From Candidatus Oxydemutatoraceae bacterium (GTDB lineage Bacteria > Pseudomonadota > Gammaproteobacteria > Poriferisulfidales > Oxydemutatoraceae): a stretch of 64,000 nt of DNA. Below the pieces are notes generated by a model. The model did not search any database and was not told the DNA's origin. It was given only the letters and a program-made list of their open reading frames with translations. The first letter of the stretch is position 1, and every line of letters starts with the position of its first letter. Positions 22,409-34,682 of the stretch are shown piece by piece. The stretch lies in NCBI GenBank assembly GCA_965226235.1, contig OZ245335.1:1385552-1449551 (forward strand). The letters run 5' to 3'. Made by a program: the position numbers and the translations under genes.

Positions 22409-23490
22409 ATGACGAAGCGCCTGATCGTGCATGTGGGCCCGCGCAAGACGGGATCGACGTCAATCCAGCGAATGTTGTTCGCGTGCCGGGACAAGCTGCG
22501 CGCTAACGACGTACACGTACCCGAGACGGGCGTAGGCCAGTGCCAGGGCCATCTGTCTCACCGGATGTTGGTATCAGGTCCGAGGCACAATTTGAAGAAT
22601 GTAAAGGCGCTGTGGAAACAACTCGCAGAAGAGATCGCGGTCACCGATGCACAGACATTTGTGGTGTCTGCGGAGGACCTGACATCGCCGGGTTTCGCGT
22701 CACGAGTGCCGAGCTGTTGGCAGAACTCGCTGCGCGCGCAGACGTAGAAGTGGATGTCGTGGGCTTCGTGAGGCCACAATGGCAACTTCTGGAATCAGAG
22801 TACTCGCAGCGGGTGGGGAACGGACGGGAGAGAGGAACGTTCTCGCAATTCGTCGGAAAGATGCTTGACGCAGGTGAAAAGACGATCCTCGACTACCGCG
22901 TGGTGTTCGCGCCCTGCCGGGCTCGGTTTGGAGACCGCGTCAGGATTTTCCCGCTGGAAACAACCCAGAATCTGATCGTGCGCTTTCTGACCTTTGTGGG
23001 CATAGATACCACTGTGGTGAAGGAGCACTTGACGGGACCAAAGGCCAACCAGCGGCTTGGAGCGAAGTTGCTCGAGGTCCATCGTTGCGTGTGGGGCCGA
23101 CTTGACGCACGATGCCCACCGCACTTGCGAGAAAAACGCAATAATATCCAACGCCACCTGCGCGAATTGTCGGCGCTATTGGATGGGGACGCTCCGTTCG
23201 CCGGCTTCTCCCAGGCTGAGATTCAGCAGATGGAAGATCGTTTTGCTTCGGCAAACGCCGCCTTTGCGTGCGAAAACGGCATCTGCACAGACGGCACGCT
23301 GTTCCAGGACGCGGTGGCCAACGACACCATGCGGCCGAATATCGCACGGTGGGAGAATTTCGGCAGCGAAGAGAAGCACCGGGTGCACCGCTACGTACTT
23401 GAACATATCGGGGTGGATCTTGAACGCAAGCCTGCGTCTGTGAGAAAGAAGAAATTGATGGAACTGCTGGCTTCCTGGATCCGGTCATAA
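22409..23490 (+). pseudogene. sulfotransferase-like protein, frameshifted at ~22690
   Basis: HVGPRKTGSTSIQ and VSAEDL in one frame, VRPQ..SEYSQ in another. This copy has GGG where the paralog has GGGG (49737-49740). Confidence 0.8.
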
Positions 23491-23595
23491 AAGAGAGACG
23501 TTGTGTTTGACGGCCCGGGAGCCGAGGTGCCAGGCCCAGGCCGTGTGCCCCTGCCGTGCGAAAGGATCCGGAGAGCTGAACCGGCGACCAACCAG

Positions 23596-23773
23596 TGTCA
23601 ACCCAATCCATAGATGTCCCCTTTTACCCCAAGCCAGAATGTCCTCTTCCGGGCTGTTTGGCGGTCTTGCATCATATTGTAGGGGCGACGCATGCGTCGC
23701 CCCTACGAATGCCATAATCAAAAGAGGATATTTTAGAATTGGGCAAAGGTGACATTACCGCTTTGGGCTAACA
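23596..23773. mobile_element. 178-bp MITE with IS1202/ISNCY-like ends
   Basis: TGTCAACCCAA..ATGTCCCCTTT..AATGTCCTCTT on the left and AAGAGGATATT..AAAGGTGACAT..TTGGGCTAACA on the right. No transposase. Confidence 0.7.
23679..23706. repeat. GTAG-type REP palindrome
   Basis: Perfect 28-bp palindrome GTAGGGGCGACGCATGCGTCGCCCCTAC. Confidence 0.85.
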
Positions 23774-23861
23774 CCTCTGATCCACAGGTGCTTCGCGTCG
23801 CAAAAATAAGGTACCATTCAATACAATTTCTTTGTGCGGTTACATTTCCTACTTGGTGAAT

Positions 23862-24149
23862 ATGAACGCGATATTTTCAACCTGGGCACTGGTTGCCTGG
23901 GGGCTGACCATCATTTTGGTATCGCAACTGCTGGGAGGAACTTTTGATACGCGCGCATGTCGCACGGATTGTGTGCAGATCCTTTACTGGAGTGCGTTCG
24001 TGGTTACCCTCACCGGGTGTATCGCGGGAGGCTGGTACTGGCTCAAGAAAGGCGATGCCAGACAGTTGCCTGCGAAGGCAGGCGTAGGCGCATTATTGGC
24101 ACTGCTGGTGATTTTCCTGACAACGATGGCAATCGGGACTTTCGGATGA
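23862..24149 (+). CDS. small hypothetical membrane protein (3 TM)
   Basis: Three hydrophobic segments and a CxxxC loop. Confidence 0.7.
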   Translation: MNAIFSTWALVAWGLTIILVSQLLGGTFDTRACRTDCVQILYWSAFVVTLTGCIAGGWYWLKKGDARQLPAKAGVGALLALLVIFLTTMAIGTFG

Positions 24150-24254
24150 GGGTTTAGCCGCATGTGTGTGCAAAGCGGCTTCCCGAGGGTTCGCACTCGA
24201 CTGGTGGAGCACGCACGGGTCGCCTGAGTTTCTCTTTCCCCGTTAATTCAGCTT

Positions 24255-25097
24255 ATGTCAGGTCGTGATTCGCGAATGTTTATTTTTGGTGTGGGCACTT
24301 CCAAAGCGGCTACTACCTGGCTTTTCAAATACATTGAGAGCTCATGCCCCGGTTACTCCCGGTTTTTCTTAGTAAAGGAACTTCAGGTCTGGGATCGTCT
24401 ATTCGTTCCGCAGATCTTAAGAAGACCTAAGTCAAGACGCCCCAGGCGTCCGCGCTCTATTCCTTGGAGGCTGCGCCGTATCCTTATGAGGTATTTTAGG
24501 AGCAAGCCAGCGTATTATTTTTTGCTTTTAAGGTGGAGGCTTCGCAATAAGGGACGCGTTACATCAGACATCACCCCGACTTATTGTGCTCTGCCGAAAG
24601 AGCATTTTATTAAAATCCGCAGGGAGGTGACAAAGCACGGCATAGAAATGAAAGTCGTCTTTTTAATGAGGGATCCCGTTGAGAGATGTATCAGCGACTA
24701 TAAACGATCTATACATCTTTTTGGAGCGGCTGGCGTGAGAAAATTTTGCGTATACGAAGGAACCCGGCTTAGAACGCGTTATCAGGATACCGTTATGAAT
24801 CTGGAGGCTGCGTTTCGAAAAGATGAGTTGTTTTTTGGTATTTACGAGAACCTTTTTGAAGAGCGATCGATAGTTGCATTATCCGATTTCCTGGGAATGC
24901 CTCCCAATCCCGCACTTGGAAGGAAGCGCGTCAACGCAGGCCCTACCGGTGTGTCTTTTGATGACGACACAAGAAGATTTATCGCTGAAACATACAAGGA
25001 TACCTATGCGTTTTGCGCAAGTAGGTTCCCGGTGACCAGGGAATTGTGGGGCGGTTTTCAATGGCTGGATGGTGCCCTGCCGGAAGAGGCGGGCTAG
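24255..25097 (+). CDS. sulfotransferase family protein
   Basis: GVGTSKAATTW, KELQVWD, DITPTY, MRDPVER-IS, YENL. Lower GC than its neighbours. Confidence 0.85.
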   Translation: MSGRDSRMFIFGVGTSKAATTWLFKYIESSCPGYSRFFLVKELQVWDRLFVPQILRRPKSRRPRRPRSIPWRLRRILMRYFRSKPAYYFLLLRWRLRNKGRVTSDITPTYCALPKEHFIKIRREVTKHGIEMKVVFLMRDPVERCISDYKRSIHLFGAAGVRKFCVYEGTRLRTRYQDTVMNLEAAFRKDELFFGIYENLFEERSIVALSDFLGMPPNPALGRKRVNAGPTGVSFDDDTRRFIAETYKDTYAFCASRFPVTRELWGGFQWLDGALPEEAG

Positions 25098-25136
25098 CCT
25101 GAGCATCCGCGAGATTCTGCCTGGTTGCCTATAGCT

Positions 25137-26114
25137 CTATTCGGTTTCAGGCGGTGAGCTACCTTCATTACCTGGGCAGGCGGTGAAGAGGGCGCTATCC
25201 ATTGGGTGGCCATTCAGGAAATCTTTCGCGCACAGGCTTCTTTTCCCCGGCATTTGCAGTTTCTTGACTTCAAGGAGCCCCTGTCCGCAGTGTACGAGCA
25301 GGCGCTGATCCATAACCCTGACCTTTCCGGGAAGCTTGTCTTCCGGTGGTGCCGGATACACACGGCTCTCCCAGATCCGAACGACCGATTTCTCCATGTG
25401 GGTTTGCGCGATCGGCCAAGGGTACAACGCGCGCACCTTGCGGTCGATCGCAACCGCCGTTTGTCGCCAGTCGATTTCCGCTTCGGCCTTGCTCAATTTT
25501 GGAGCGTGACACACGCTGGTTCGCTGTTGCGGTACGGCGCTGGCGAGCAAGTGTTCACGCTCCCGTTGGGACCGCTGCAAAAATAAGCGTAGCACCTCCG
25601 CTCCCAGCGCGGCCAGTTTCCGCTCCAGAGCGGCAGTTGTGTCGCGGGGGGCTATCGGGCAGTCGCGCTGATCTACGATGGGACCAGCGTCGAGTTCGCC
25701 AACGAGTTTCATCAGACAGACGCCGGTGATCGTGTCCCCCGCTTCGATTGCCCGCGCGATGGGCGCCGCACCGCGCCAGCGTGGCAGCCGCGATGGGTGC
25801 AGGTTGACACAGCCCAAGCGCGGGGTGTCAATTACCGCTTCGGGCAGCACCATGCCGTAAGCGACGACGATACCAAGATCGGCACGGAATCGTGCAAGCG
25901 CGTCATGGGCGAGCGCGTCCCACACATGCGGTTGGATGACAGGCAAGGCGTGTGCCTGCGCCGCAACCTTCACCGGGCTTGCATGCAGACGCCGTCCCCG
26001 TCCTGCTTCGCGATCGGGTTTGGTAAACACAGCAACGATTTTGGCGTTGCCATCGACCAGTGAGTCAAGAACGGTAGCCGCGAGGGGAGAAGTGCCAAAA
26101 AATACGATGCGCAA
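25137..26114 (-). CDS. fmt: methionyl-tRNA formyltransferase
   Basis: PDR-GRG, VAYG, NLHPS-LPRWRGAAPI, LDAG. Confidence 0.96.
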   Translation of the reverse strand: MRIVFFGTSPLAATVLDSLVDGNAKIVAVFTKPDREAGRGRRLHASPVKVAAQAHALPVIQPHVWDALAHDALARFRADLGIVVAYGMVLPEAVIDTPRLGCVNLHPSRLPRWRGAAPIARAIEAGDTITGVCLMKLVGELDAGPIVDQRDCPIAPRDTTAALERKLAALGAEVLRLFLQRSQREREHLLASAVPQQRTSVCHAPKLSKAEAEIDWRQTAVAIDRKVRALYPWPIAQTHMEKSVVRIWESRVYPAPPEDKLPGKVRVMDQRLLVHCGQGLLEVKKLQMPGKRSLCAKDFLNGHPMDSALFTACPGNEGSSPPETE

Positions 26115-26143
26115 CGAGGTATCCCGGCCAGTGCGGAGTGGTA

Positions 26144-26737
26144 TCAGACGACTCGTTGCTTTGCTTTTTTCCGCTGCTTCCTGGCCAGGGCAACAAATTT
26201 CATCCGCTTCAGTGGCGACAGGTGGTCAATAAACAGCTTTCCGTCCAGATGATCTATTTCATGCTGCACGCAGTCCGCGAGCAACCCGTCCGCTACAAAC
26301 TCGATCGCATGCCCATCGAGATCCATCGCTGCAATTTTTACCTGCTCCGCACGCTTGACCTGTGCATAAAAGCCAGGGACCGACAGGCAGCCTTCCTGGT
26401 TGATGACTTCTCCATGCCGCTCTGTGATCTCCGGGTTGGTAAGGCACACTGGATGATTCCGGTCGTCGGATATGTCCATTACGATCAGCCGTTTGTGAAT
26501 GTTTACCTGGGTTGCGGCAAGTCCCACCCCCGCGTGTGCGTACATGGTGGTAAGCATCTTCTCGGCGATGCCACGGATTTCATCGGTCACCTGCTCGATC
26601 GCTTGTGCAGGCTTTCGCAGTCTTGGGTCAGGAAATTCCAGTATGGTCAGCGGTGCCGTTGGGGGATGTTTTTTCAGCCGTTCGCGCACTGCAACGAGAC
26701 TGCCATAGTCGATTTCCTTGTAGTGTAGGGATTCCAT
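26144..26737 (-). CDS. def: peptide deformylase
   Basis: GVGLAATQ, EGCLS and QHEIDHL motifs. Start uncertain (N-terminal extension). Confidence 0.96.
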   Translation of the reverse strand: MESLHYKEIDYGSLVAVRERLKKHPPTAPLTILEFPDPRLRKPAQAIEQVTDEIRGIAEKMLTTMYAHAGVGLAATQVNIHKRLIVMDISDDRNHPVCLTNPEITERHGEVINQEGCLSVPGFYAQVKRAEQVKIAAMDLDGHAIEFVADGLLADCVQHEIDHLDGKLFIDHLSPLKRMKFVALARKQRKKAKQRVV

Positions 26738-26813
26738 GCTTTCTTGGAGATGAGCAAGATGTTTTTCCTGACGATTTATTATAGGACACTATCGAATCCA
26801 CGCGGCATCGGCG

Positions 26814-27941
26814 GTGAACGGTTCTGACCACGAGCGTCTTCTGGCGTTGCGCCACGCCCCGGGGGTTACCGACACGGTCGCCTGCACACTGCTCGCCCGT
26901 TACGGCAATGCCGCTGCCGTATGCGCCGCAAACTGTGCCGAATTGTGTGCAACAGGCATCAGCAGAGAGGCCGCGAGTTTCCTGCACGCGCCTGGCGGAG
27001 AAGCGTACGAACGTGATCTGCGTTGGTCTCAAGGTGCGGGGCACACCCTGCTGGGCTGGGGGGATGCGTGCTACCCCCGGCAGTTGATCGACATCCAAAA
27101 CCCGCCAGTGTTGCTGTTTGTCATGGGGTCGGTCGCGTTGCTCGACGACCCGCAACTCGCCGTCGTCGGATCCCGCCGTCCTACGCCCGGCGGGCTCAGG
27201 AACGTGCGCCACTTCGCCGACGCAATTGCCCGCTCGGGACTGGTCGTCGTCAGCGGCCTTGCGGCCGGTATCGATACGGCAGCACATGTCGCGGCACTCG
27301 AAGCGCGGGCACCAACGGTGGCCGTCATTGGCACCGGGCCCGATGTAGTGTATCCGTCCAGGAACAAGGCACTGACGCAACGCATCGTTGATGGCGGTGC
27401 CGTAGTCTCCGAGTTTGCCTGCGGCACGCCTCCTCTCGCAGGCAACTTTCCACGCCGCAATCGGCTGATGAGCGGGTTGTCGCTCGGGGTGCTGGTGATC
27501 GAGGCGGCCGATCGAAGCGGCACACTGATTACCGCGCGGCTCGCAGGAGAGCAAGGCCGCGAGGTGTTCGCGGTGCCTGGGTCGATCCGAAACCCGGTGG
27601 CACGTGGCTGTCATCGCCTGATACAGCAAGGCGCGAAGCTGGTGCAATCGATCGAAGATATATTGATCGAGCTTTCGTCTGTGGTAGATTTACGCTTGCG
27701 TGAAGCCGATGCATCCGTGGTTCCACCAGGCACAGATCGCCAGCAGCGCCCTGCATGCGATATCGTCGGCGTCGGGCAGCACCGTTTGCTTGAGCACATG
27801 GAGTACGATACGCCACTGAGCGCAGATGCGCTGGTTGAACGTAGCGGACTTGCCGTGGCGGAAGTTTCTGCCATGCTTTCGATGCTGGAACTCGAAGGTC
27901 GCGTGGTCAGTGAAGGACATCTTTATACACGAGTGGAATGA
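26814..27941 (+). CDS. dprA: DNA-processing protein DprA
   Basis: AVVGSR, SGLAAGID, FPRRNR, SGTLITA. Confidence 0.95.
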   Translation: MNGSDHERLLALRHAPGVTDTVACTLLARYGNAAAVCAANCAELCATGISREAASFLHAPGGEAYERDLRWSQGAGHTLLGWGDACYPRQLIDIQNPPVLLFVMGSVALLDDPQLAVVGSRRPTPGGLRNVRHFADAIARSGLVVVSGLAAGIDTAAHVAALEARAPTVAVIGTGPDVVYPSRNKALTQRIVDGGAVVSEFACGTPPLAGNFPRRNRLMSGLSLGVLVIEAADRSGTLITARLAGEQGREVFAVPGSIRNPVARGCHRLIQQGAKLVQSIEDILIELSSVVDLRLREADASVVPPGTDRQQRPACDIVGVGQHRLLEHMEYDTPLSADALVERSGLAVAEVSAMLSMLELEGRVVSEGHLYTRVE

Positions 27942-27945
27942 TCAA

Positions 27946-30342
27946 ATGAGCACTATGAACCTGGTTATTGTTGAATCCCCGGCAAAATCCAAAACCATCA
28001 AGAAGTACCTGGGCGAGGGCTTCGAGGTGCTGGCGTCTTACGGCCACGTGCGGGACCTGGTGCCCAAAACGGGAGCGGTCGATCCTGATAACGCATTTCG
28101 CATGCACTACGAGGCGATCAAGAAGAGCGTGCGGCCGGTAAACAAGATCATCGCCGCGCTGAAAAAATCCGACAGCCTTTACCTCGCTACCGACCCCGAT
28201 CGGGAAGGCGAGGCCATCGCGTGGCACTTGAGCGAACTGCTCAAGGAAAAGGGTCTGATCGGAGACAAGAACATCTACCGCGTTGTGTTTTACGAAGTGA
28301 CCCAGCACGCGGTGCAGGAGGCTTTCGCGAAGCCACGTGCGTTGTCGCAAGAGCTTGTCAATGCACAGCAGGCGCGCCGCGCACTGGATTACCTGGTGGG
28401 CTTCAACCTCTCGCCGCTACTGTGGCGCAAGCTGCAAGGCGGCCTTTCGGCAGGACGCGTGCAAAGCCCGGCGTTGCGCATGATCGTGGAGCGGGAACTG
28501 GAGATCGAAGCGTTCCAGCCACGTGAATACTGGACCATCGCGGCGTTGCTCGACAAGAACAGCGAGAAATTTACAGCCCGCCTGTACTCGATCGAGGGCA
28601 AAAAAGTAGAGCAGTTCGATATCGCCGAAGGGCAGGTGGCCGAAAAGATCCGCGAGGATATCGCCGCGTCGGCAAGGGAAGGCATTGGCGTCGTCAGGAT
28701 CGAAAAAAAGCAACGCAGGCGCAAACCGCCCCCGCCGTTCATTACCTCTACCTTGCAACAGGAAGCCATTCGCAAACTCGGGTTTTCCGCGAGCCAAACG
28801 ATGCGTGTCGCGCAGCAGTTATACGAGGGGGTCGATTTTGGTGAGGGGGCAACCGGGCTGATTACCTATATGCGTACCGACTCGGTGGCACTTTCCACCT
28901 CCGCCGTCCAGGAGATACGCGATTATGCTTCTGCAACCTATGGCGACGCGTGTTTACCAGAGAAGCCTCGTGCGTACAAAACAAAATCGAAAAGCGCGCA
29001 GGAAGCGCACGAAGCGATTCGCCCCACCTTGGTAACACGCACGCCCAAAGATCTCGAAGCGGCGTTGGAGCACAAGCAACTGCGGTTGTACGAGTTGATT
29101 TGGAAACGCACTGTCGCCTGCCAGATGACGGATGCGATTTTCGATACCGTGGCTGCCGATATCGGTTGTGGTCATTACCTGTTACGTGCTACTGGATCGG
29201 TGCTGCGCGAGCCTGGATTCATGCAGGTCTATACCGAGAGCGAGGAGGAAGGAAAGGGCCATCACGAGGATGCCAACGACCGCAAACTGCCACCGCTGGC
29301 AGAAGGCGACCCACTGCAGTTGCACAAGGTGGAAGCCGAGCAGCACTTTACCGAACCCCCTCCGCGTTACAGCGAAGCGAACCTGGTAAAGACGCTTGAA
29401 GAGTATGGCATTGGTCGCCCTTCGACGTACGCTTCGATTATTGCGACCCTGTTGAACCGGGAATACACGGTGCTGGAGAAAAAACGATTTCACCCGACGG
29501 ATACCGGCCGTGCCGTCAATCGGTTCCTGACCGATCATTTCAAACAATACGTCGATTACCAGTTCACTGCCAACCTGGAAGACGAGCTCGATGAAATCGC
29601 CCGTGGCGATCGTAGCTGGGTGCAGGTTCTGCAGACCTTCTGGGAGCCGTTCATCCGTCTGGTAGAAGAAAAAAACGAGCACGTTACCCGCTCCGAAGCA
29701 TCGCAGGCGCGCGAGTTGGGCGTGGATCCCAAGAGTGGCAAACTGGTCAGCGTACGCTTGGGACGCTATGGCCCGTTCGCCCAGTTAGGCACACGCGAGG
29801 ACGAAGAAAAGCCCAGGTTTGCGAGTTTGAAGCCAGAGCAGAAGCTCGCCAGGATTACCTTTGAAGAAGCGTTGGCTTTGTTCGAATTGCCGCGGCCTCT
29901 CGGCGAAACGCTCGAAGGAGAACCGATACAGGTTGGCTCCGGACGTTTTGGTCCATATATCAAATACGGCACCAGATATGTCTCTCTGCGCGGCGAAGAC
30001 CCGCACACGATCACCCGGGAACGTGCGCTTGAGTTGATTGCAGAGAAGCAGAAAGCCGACAGGGAGAAAATCATCCTCGTATTCGAGGAGGACGGCATCC
30101 AGGTATTGAAGGGACGGTATGGGCCGTATGTTACCGACGGGGACAAGAATGTAAAAGTGCCCGAGGAACACGACCCCGCCAGTTTGACGCTTGAAACGTG
30201 CCGCAAACTGATCGAACAAGGGGCGAGCAGGAAGCGCCGTGGCGGAGGAGCGAAAAAAAAGACGAAGAAGACCCGGACCCGATCCTCGGATGAACCAACC
30301 ACGCCGCCCAGGTCTGCCAACGCGTCCCGAAAACGAGCATGA
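27946..30342 (+). CDS. topA: DNA topoisomerase I
   Basis: IVESPAK, ATDPDREGE, SAGRVQS, ITYMRTD, and C-terminal GRYGPY repeats. Confidence 0.97.
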   Translation: MSTMNLVIVESPAKSKTIKKYLGEGFEVLASYGHVRDLVPKTGAVDPDNAFRMHYEAIKKSVRPVNKIIAALKKSDSLYLATDPDREGEAIAWHLSELLKEKGLIGDKNIYRVVFYEVTQHAVQEAFAKPRALSQELVNAQQARRALDYLVGFNLSPLLWRKLQGGLSAGRVQSPALRMIVERELEIEAFQPREYWTIAALLDKNSEKFTARLYSIEGKKVEQFDIAEGQVAEKIREDIAASAREGIGVVRIEKKQRRRKPPPPFITSTLQQEAIRKLGFSASQTMRVAQQLYEGVDFGEGATGLITYMRTDSVALSTSAVQEIRDYASATYGDACLPEKPRAYKTKSKSAQEAHEAIRPTLVTRTPKDLEAALEHKQLRLYELIWKRTVACQMTDAIFDTVAADIGCGHYLLRATGSVLREPGFMQVYTESEEEGKGHHEDANDRKLPPLAEGDPLQLHKVEAEQHFTEPPPRYSEANLVKTLEEYGIGRPSTYASIIATLLNREYTVLEKKRFHPTDTGRAVNRFLTDHFKQYVDYQFTANLEDELDEIARGDRSWVQVLQTFWEPFIRLVEEKNEHVTRSEASQARELGVDPKSGKLVSVRLGRYGPFAQLGTREDEEKPRFASLKPEQKLARITFEEALALFELPRPLGETLEGEPIQVGSGRFGPYIKYGTRYVSLRGEDPHTITRERALELIAEKQKADREKIILVFEEDGIQVLKGRYGPYVTDGDKNVKVPEEHDPASLTLETCRKLIEQGASRKRRGGGAKKKTKKTRTRSSDEPTTPPRSANASRKRA

Positions 30343-30887
30343 TGGTGAGCGTAGAGAATGCCGCCGTCATCGTGCAGGCGGGTGGTGTCGTCGCTTGCCC
30401 GACCGAGGCAGTGTTTGGGCTCAGTTGTGATCCACGCGACGAAGCGGCGGTAAGCAGGATCCTCTCGCTCAAAAACCGCCCCCCGCACAAGGGACTGATC
30501 TTGATCGGCGCGAAGTTTTCGCAACTGGAATGTTTCTGCGCCATCGACGCGACCGTGCGTTGGGAAGCCGTGCAAGCGACCTGGCCAGGACCGCACACCT
30601 GGTTGTTTCGTGCGAGCGCCGCCTGCCCGGGCTATCTGCATGGTACTCATACGACCATCGCGGTGCGGGTAACCGCGCACGCGGTAGCATCTCGCCTATG
30701 CAGCTTGAGCGGCACCGCGTTGGTTTCCACGAGCGCCAACGCAAGCGGCCACCCGCCTACCCGCGCCGCCGGCGATATCGCTGCTGCGTTCGGTGAGAGG
30801 ATCGATGGCATTGTTGAAGGCGAGATCGGGGGGGACGCAGCGGTGACTTCCATCAGGGACGCGGTGACGTGTCAGAGGCTCCGGTAA
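30339..30887 (+). CDS. tsaC: L-threonylcarbamoyladenylate synthase
   Basis: PTEAVFGL, KNR..KGLIL, WPGP, STSAN. Confidence 0.93.
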   Translation: MMVSVENAAVIVQAGGVVACPTEAVFGLSCDPRDEAAVSRILSLKNRPPHKGLILIGAKFSQLECFCAIDATVRWEAVQATWPGPHTWLFRASAACPGYLHGTHTTIAVRVTAHAVASRLCSLSGTALVSTSANASGHPPTRAAGDIAAAFGERIDGIVEGEIGGDAAVTSIRDAVTCQRLR

Positions 30888-30948
30888 TGTTGCCGGTATC
30901 GAGGTCGGTACAAGCGCAAACGAGAGCGGCTTCGTGGCGCAGTGATGC

Positions 30949-33690
<2,742 letters not shown>

Positions 33691-33696
33691 CCTGGG

Positions 33697-34674
33697 TCAG
33701 AACCGGGTCTGGTCAAATCCTTCAAGCGTACCGGTTAGATCGCTGGTGCCGGACAGGTTGTGCCGGTCGAGGTAGTCCCGAAGGCCGCGGATAATCCTGC
33801 GGCACAGCAGAGGGTCGTAAAACAGCCCGGTGCCGACACCGATGGCGCTGGCACCGGCAATGATGAACTCGATCGCATCCTCAGCAGAAGTGATGCCACC
33901 TTGCCCGATGATCGGGATCCCGTGCGCCTTGCACAGCGGGTAGATTTCGAACACCTTGTACAGCGCGATCGGCTTGATCGCGGGGCCGGACAAGCCGCCG
34001 TAGTTGTTGCCGATAATCGGTTTCCTGGTACTGATGTCTATCGCCATCCCGCTCACCGTGTTGATGGCGGAAAAAGCATCGCTGCCCGCTTCGATACACA
34101 GCCGCGCATTTTCTGCGATGTCGGTCTGGTCGGGGGACAGCTTCGTGATGAGCGGTTTGTTCGTTGCTTGCCGACAACCTGCGACAACCCGCGCCGAGGC
34201 CACAGGATCGTTGCCGAAAGTGCGCTTCCCCTCTTTTACATTTGGACAGGAAACGTTGATTTCTATCGCGTCGATGGGCGAGTCGTCGAGGCGGCGGGCA
34301 AGCTCGGCGTACTCTTCAACACTCGCGCCGGAGATGTTCGCGATAAAACGGGTTTCTTCGAAATCGAGCAGCGGTAGCTTCTCCTTGATGAACGCTTCGA
34401 CCCCCGGGTTTTGCAAACCGATCGAATTCAGCATGCCGTCCTGCGTTTCAGCGATGCGGTGTGCGGGATTTCCTGCCCGGGGTTCGAGGGTGATGCCTTT
34501 CAGGCAGATTGCGCCAGCGTCGCGGTTGGAAAACCCCTCGACGCGGCTGTATTCGTCGCCAAAGCCAACGCAGCCGGACAGCAGTACGATCGGGGTGGCA
34601 AAGTCAAGACCGCAGAACTCGACGCGGAGATTCAAGTCTGCTGTGTCTGCAACGTGTTCGGTTGATTCAGGCAA
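33697..34674 (-). CDS. pyrD: dihydroorotate dehydrogenase, class 1 catalytic subunit
   Basis: NSIGLQNPG, NVSCPN, KLSP, GGLSGPAIKP. Confidence 0.9.
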   Translation of the reverse strand: MPESTEHVADTADLNLRVEFCGLDFATPIVLLSGCVGFGDEYSRVEGFSNRDAGAICLKGITLEPRAGNPAHRIAETQDGMLNSIGLQNPGVEAFIKEKLPLLDFEETRFIANISGASVEEYAELARRLDDSPIDAIEINVSCPNVKEGKRTFGNDPVASARVVAGCRQATNKPLITKLSPDQTDIAENARLCIEAGSDAFSAINTVSGMAIDISTRKPIIGNNYGGLSGPAIKPIALYKVFEIYPLCKAHGIPIIGQGGITSAEDAIEFIIAGASAIGVGTGLFYDPLLCRRIIRGLRDYLDRHNLSGTSDLTGTLEGFDQTRF

Positions 34675-34682
34675 GCGAGGGT

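Noticed and set aside
20234-25097. Glycan genes as integron cassettes
   Set aside because: No intI and no recognisable attC sites.
33697-34674. Class 1 pyrD without adjacent pyrK
   Set aside because: pyrK may lie elsewhere, and class 1 enzymes occur in other gammaproteobacteria.
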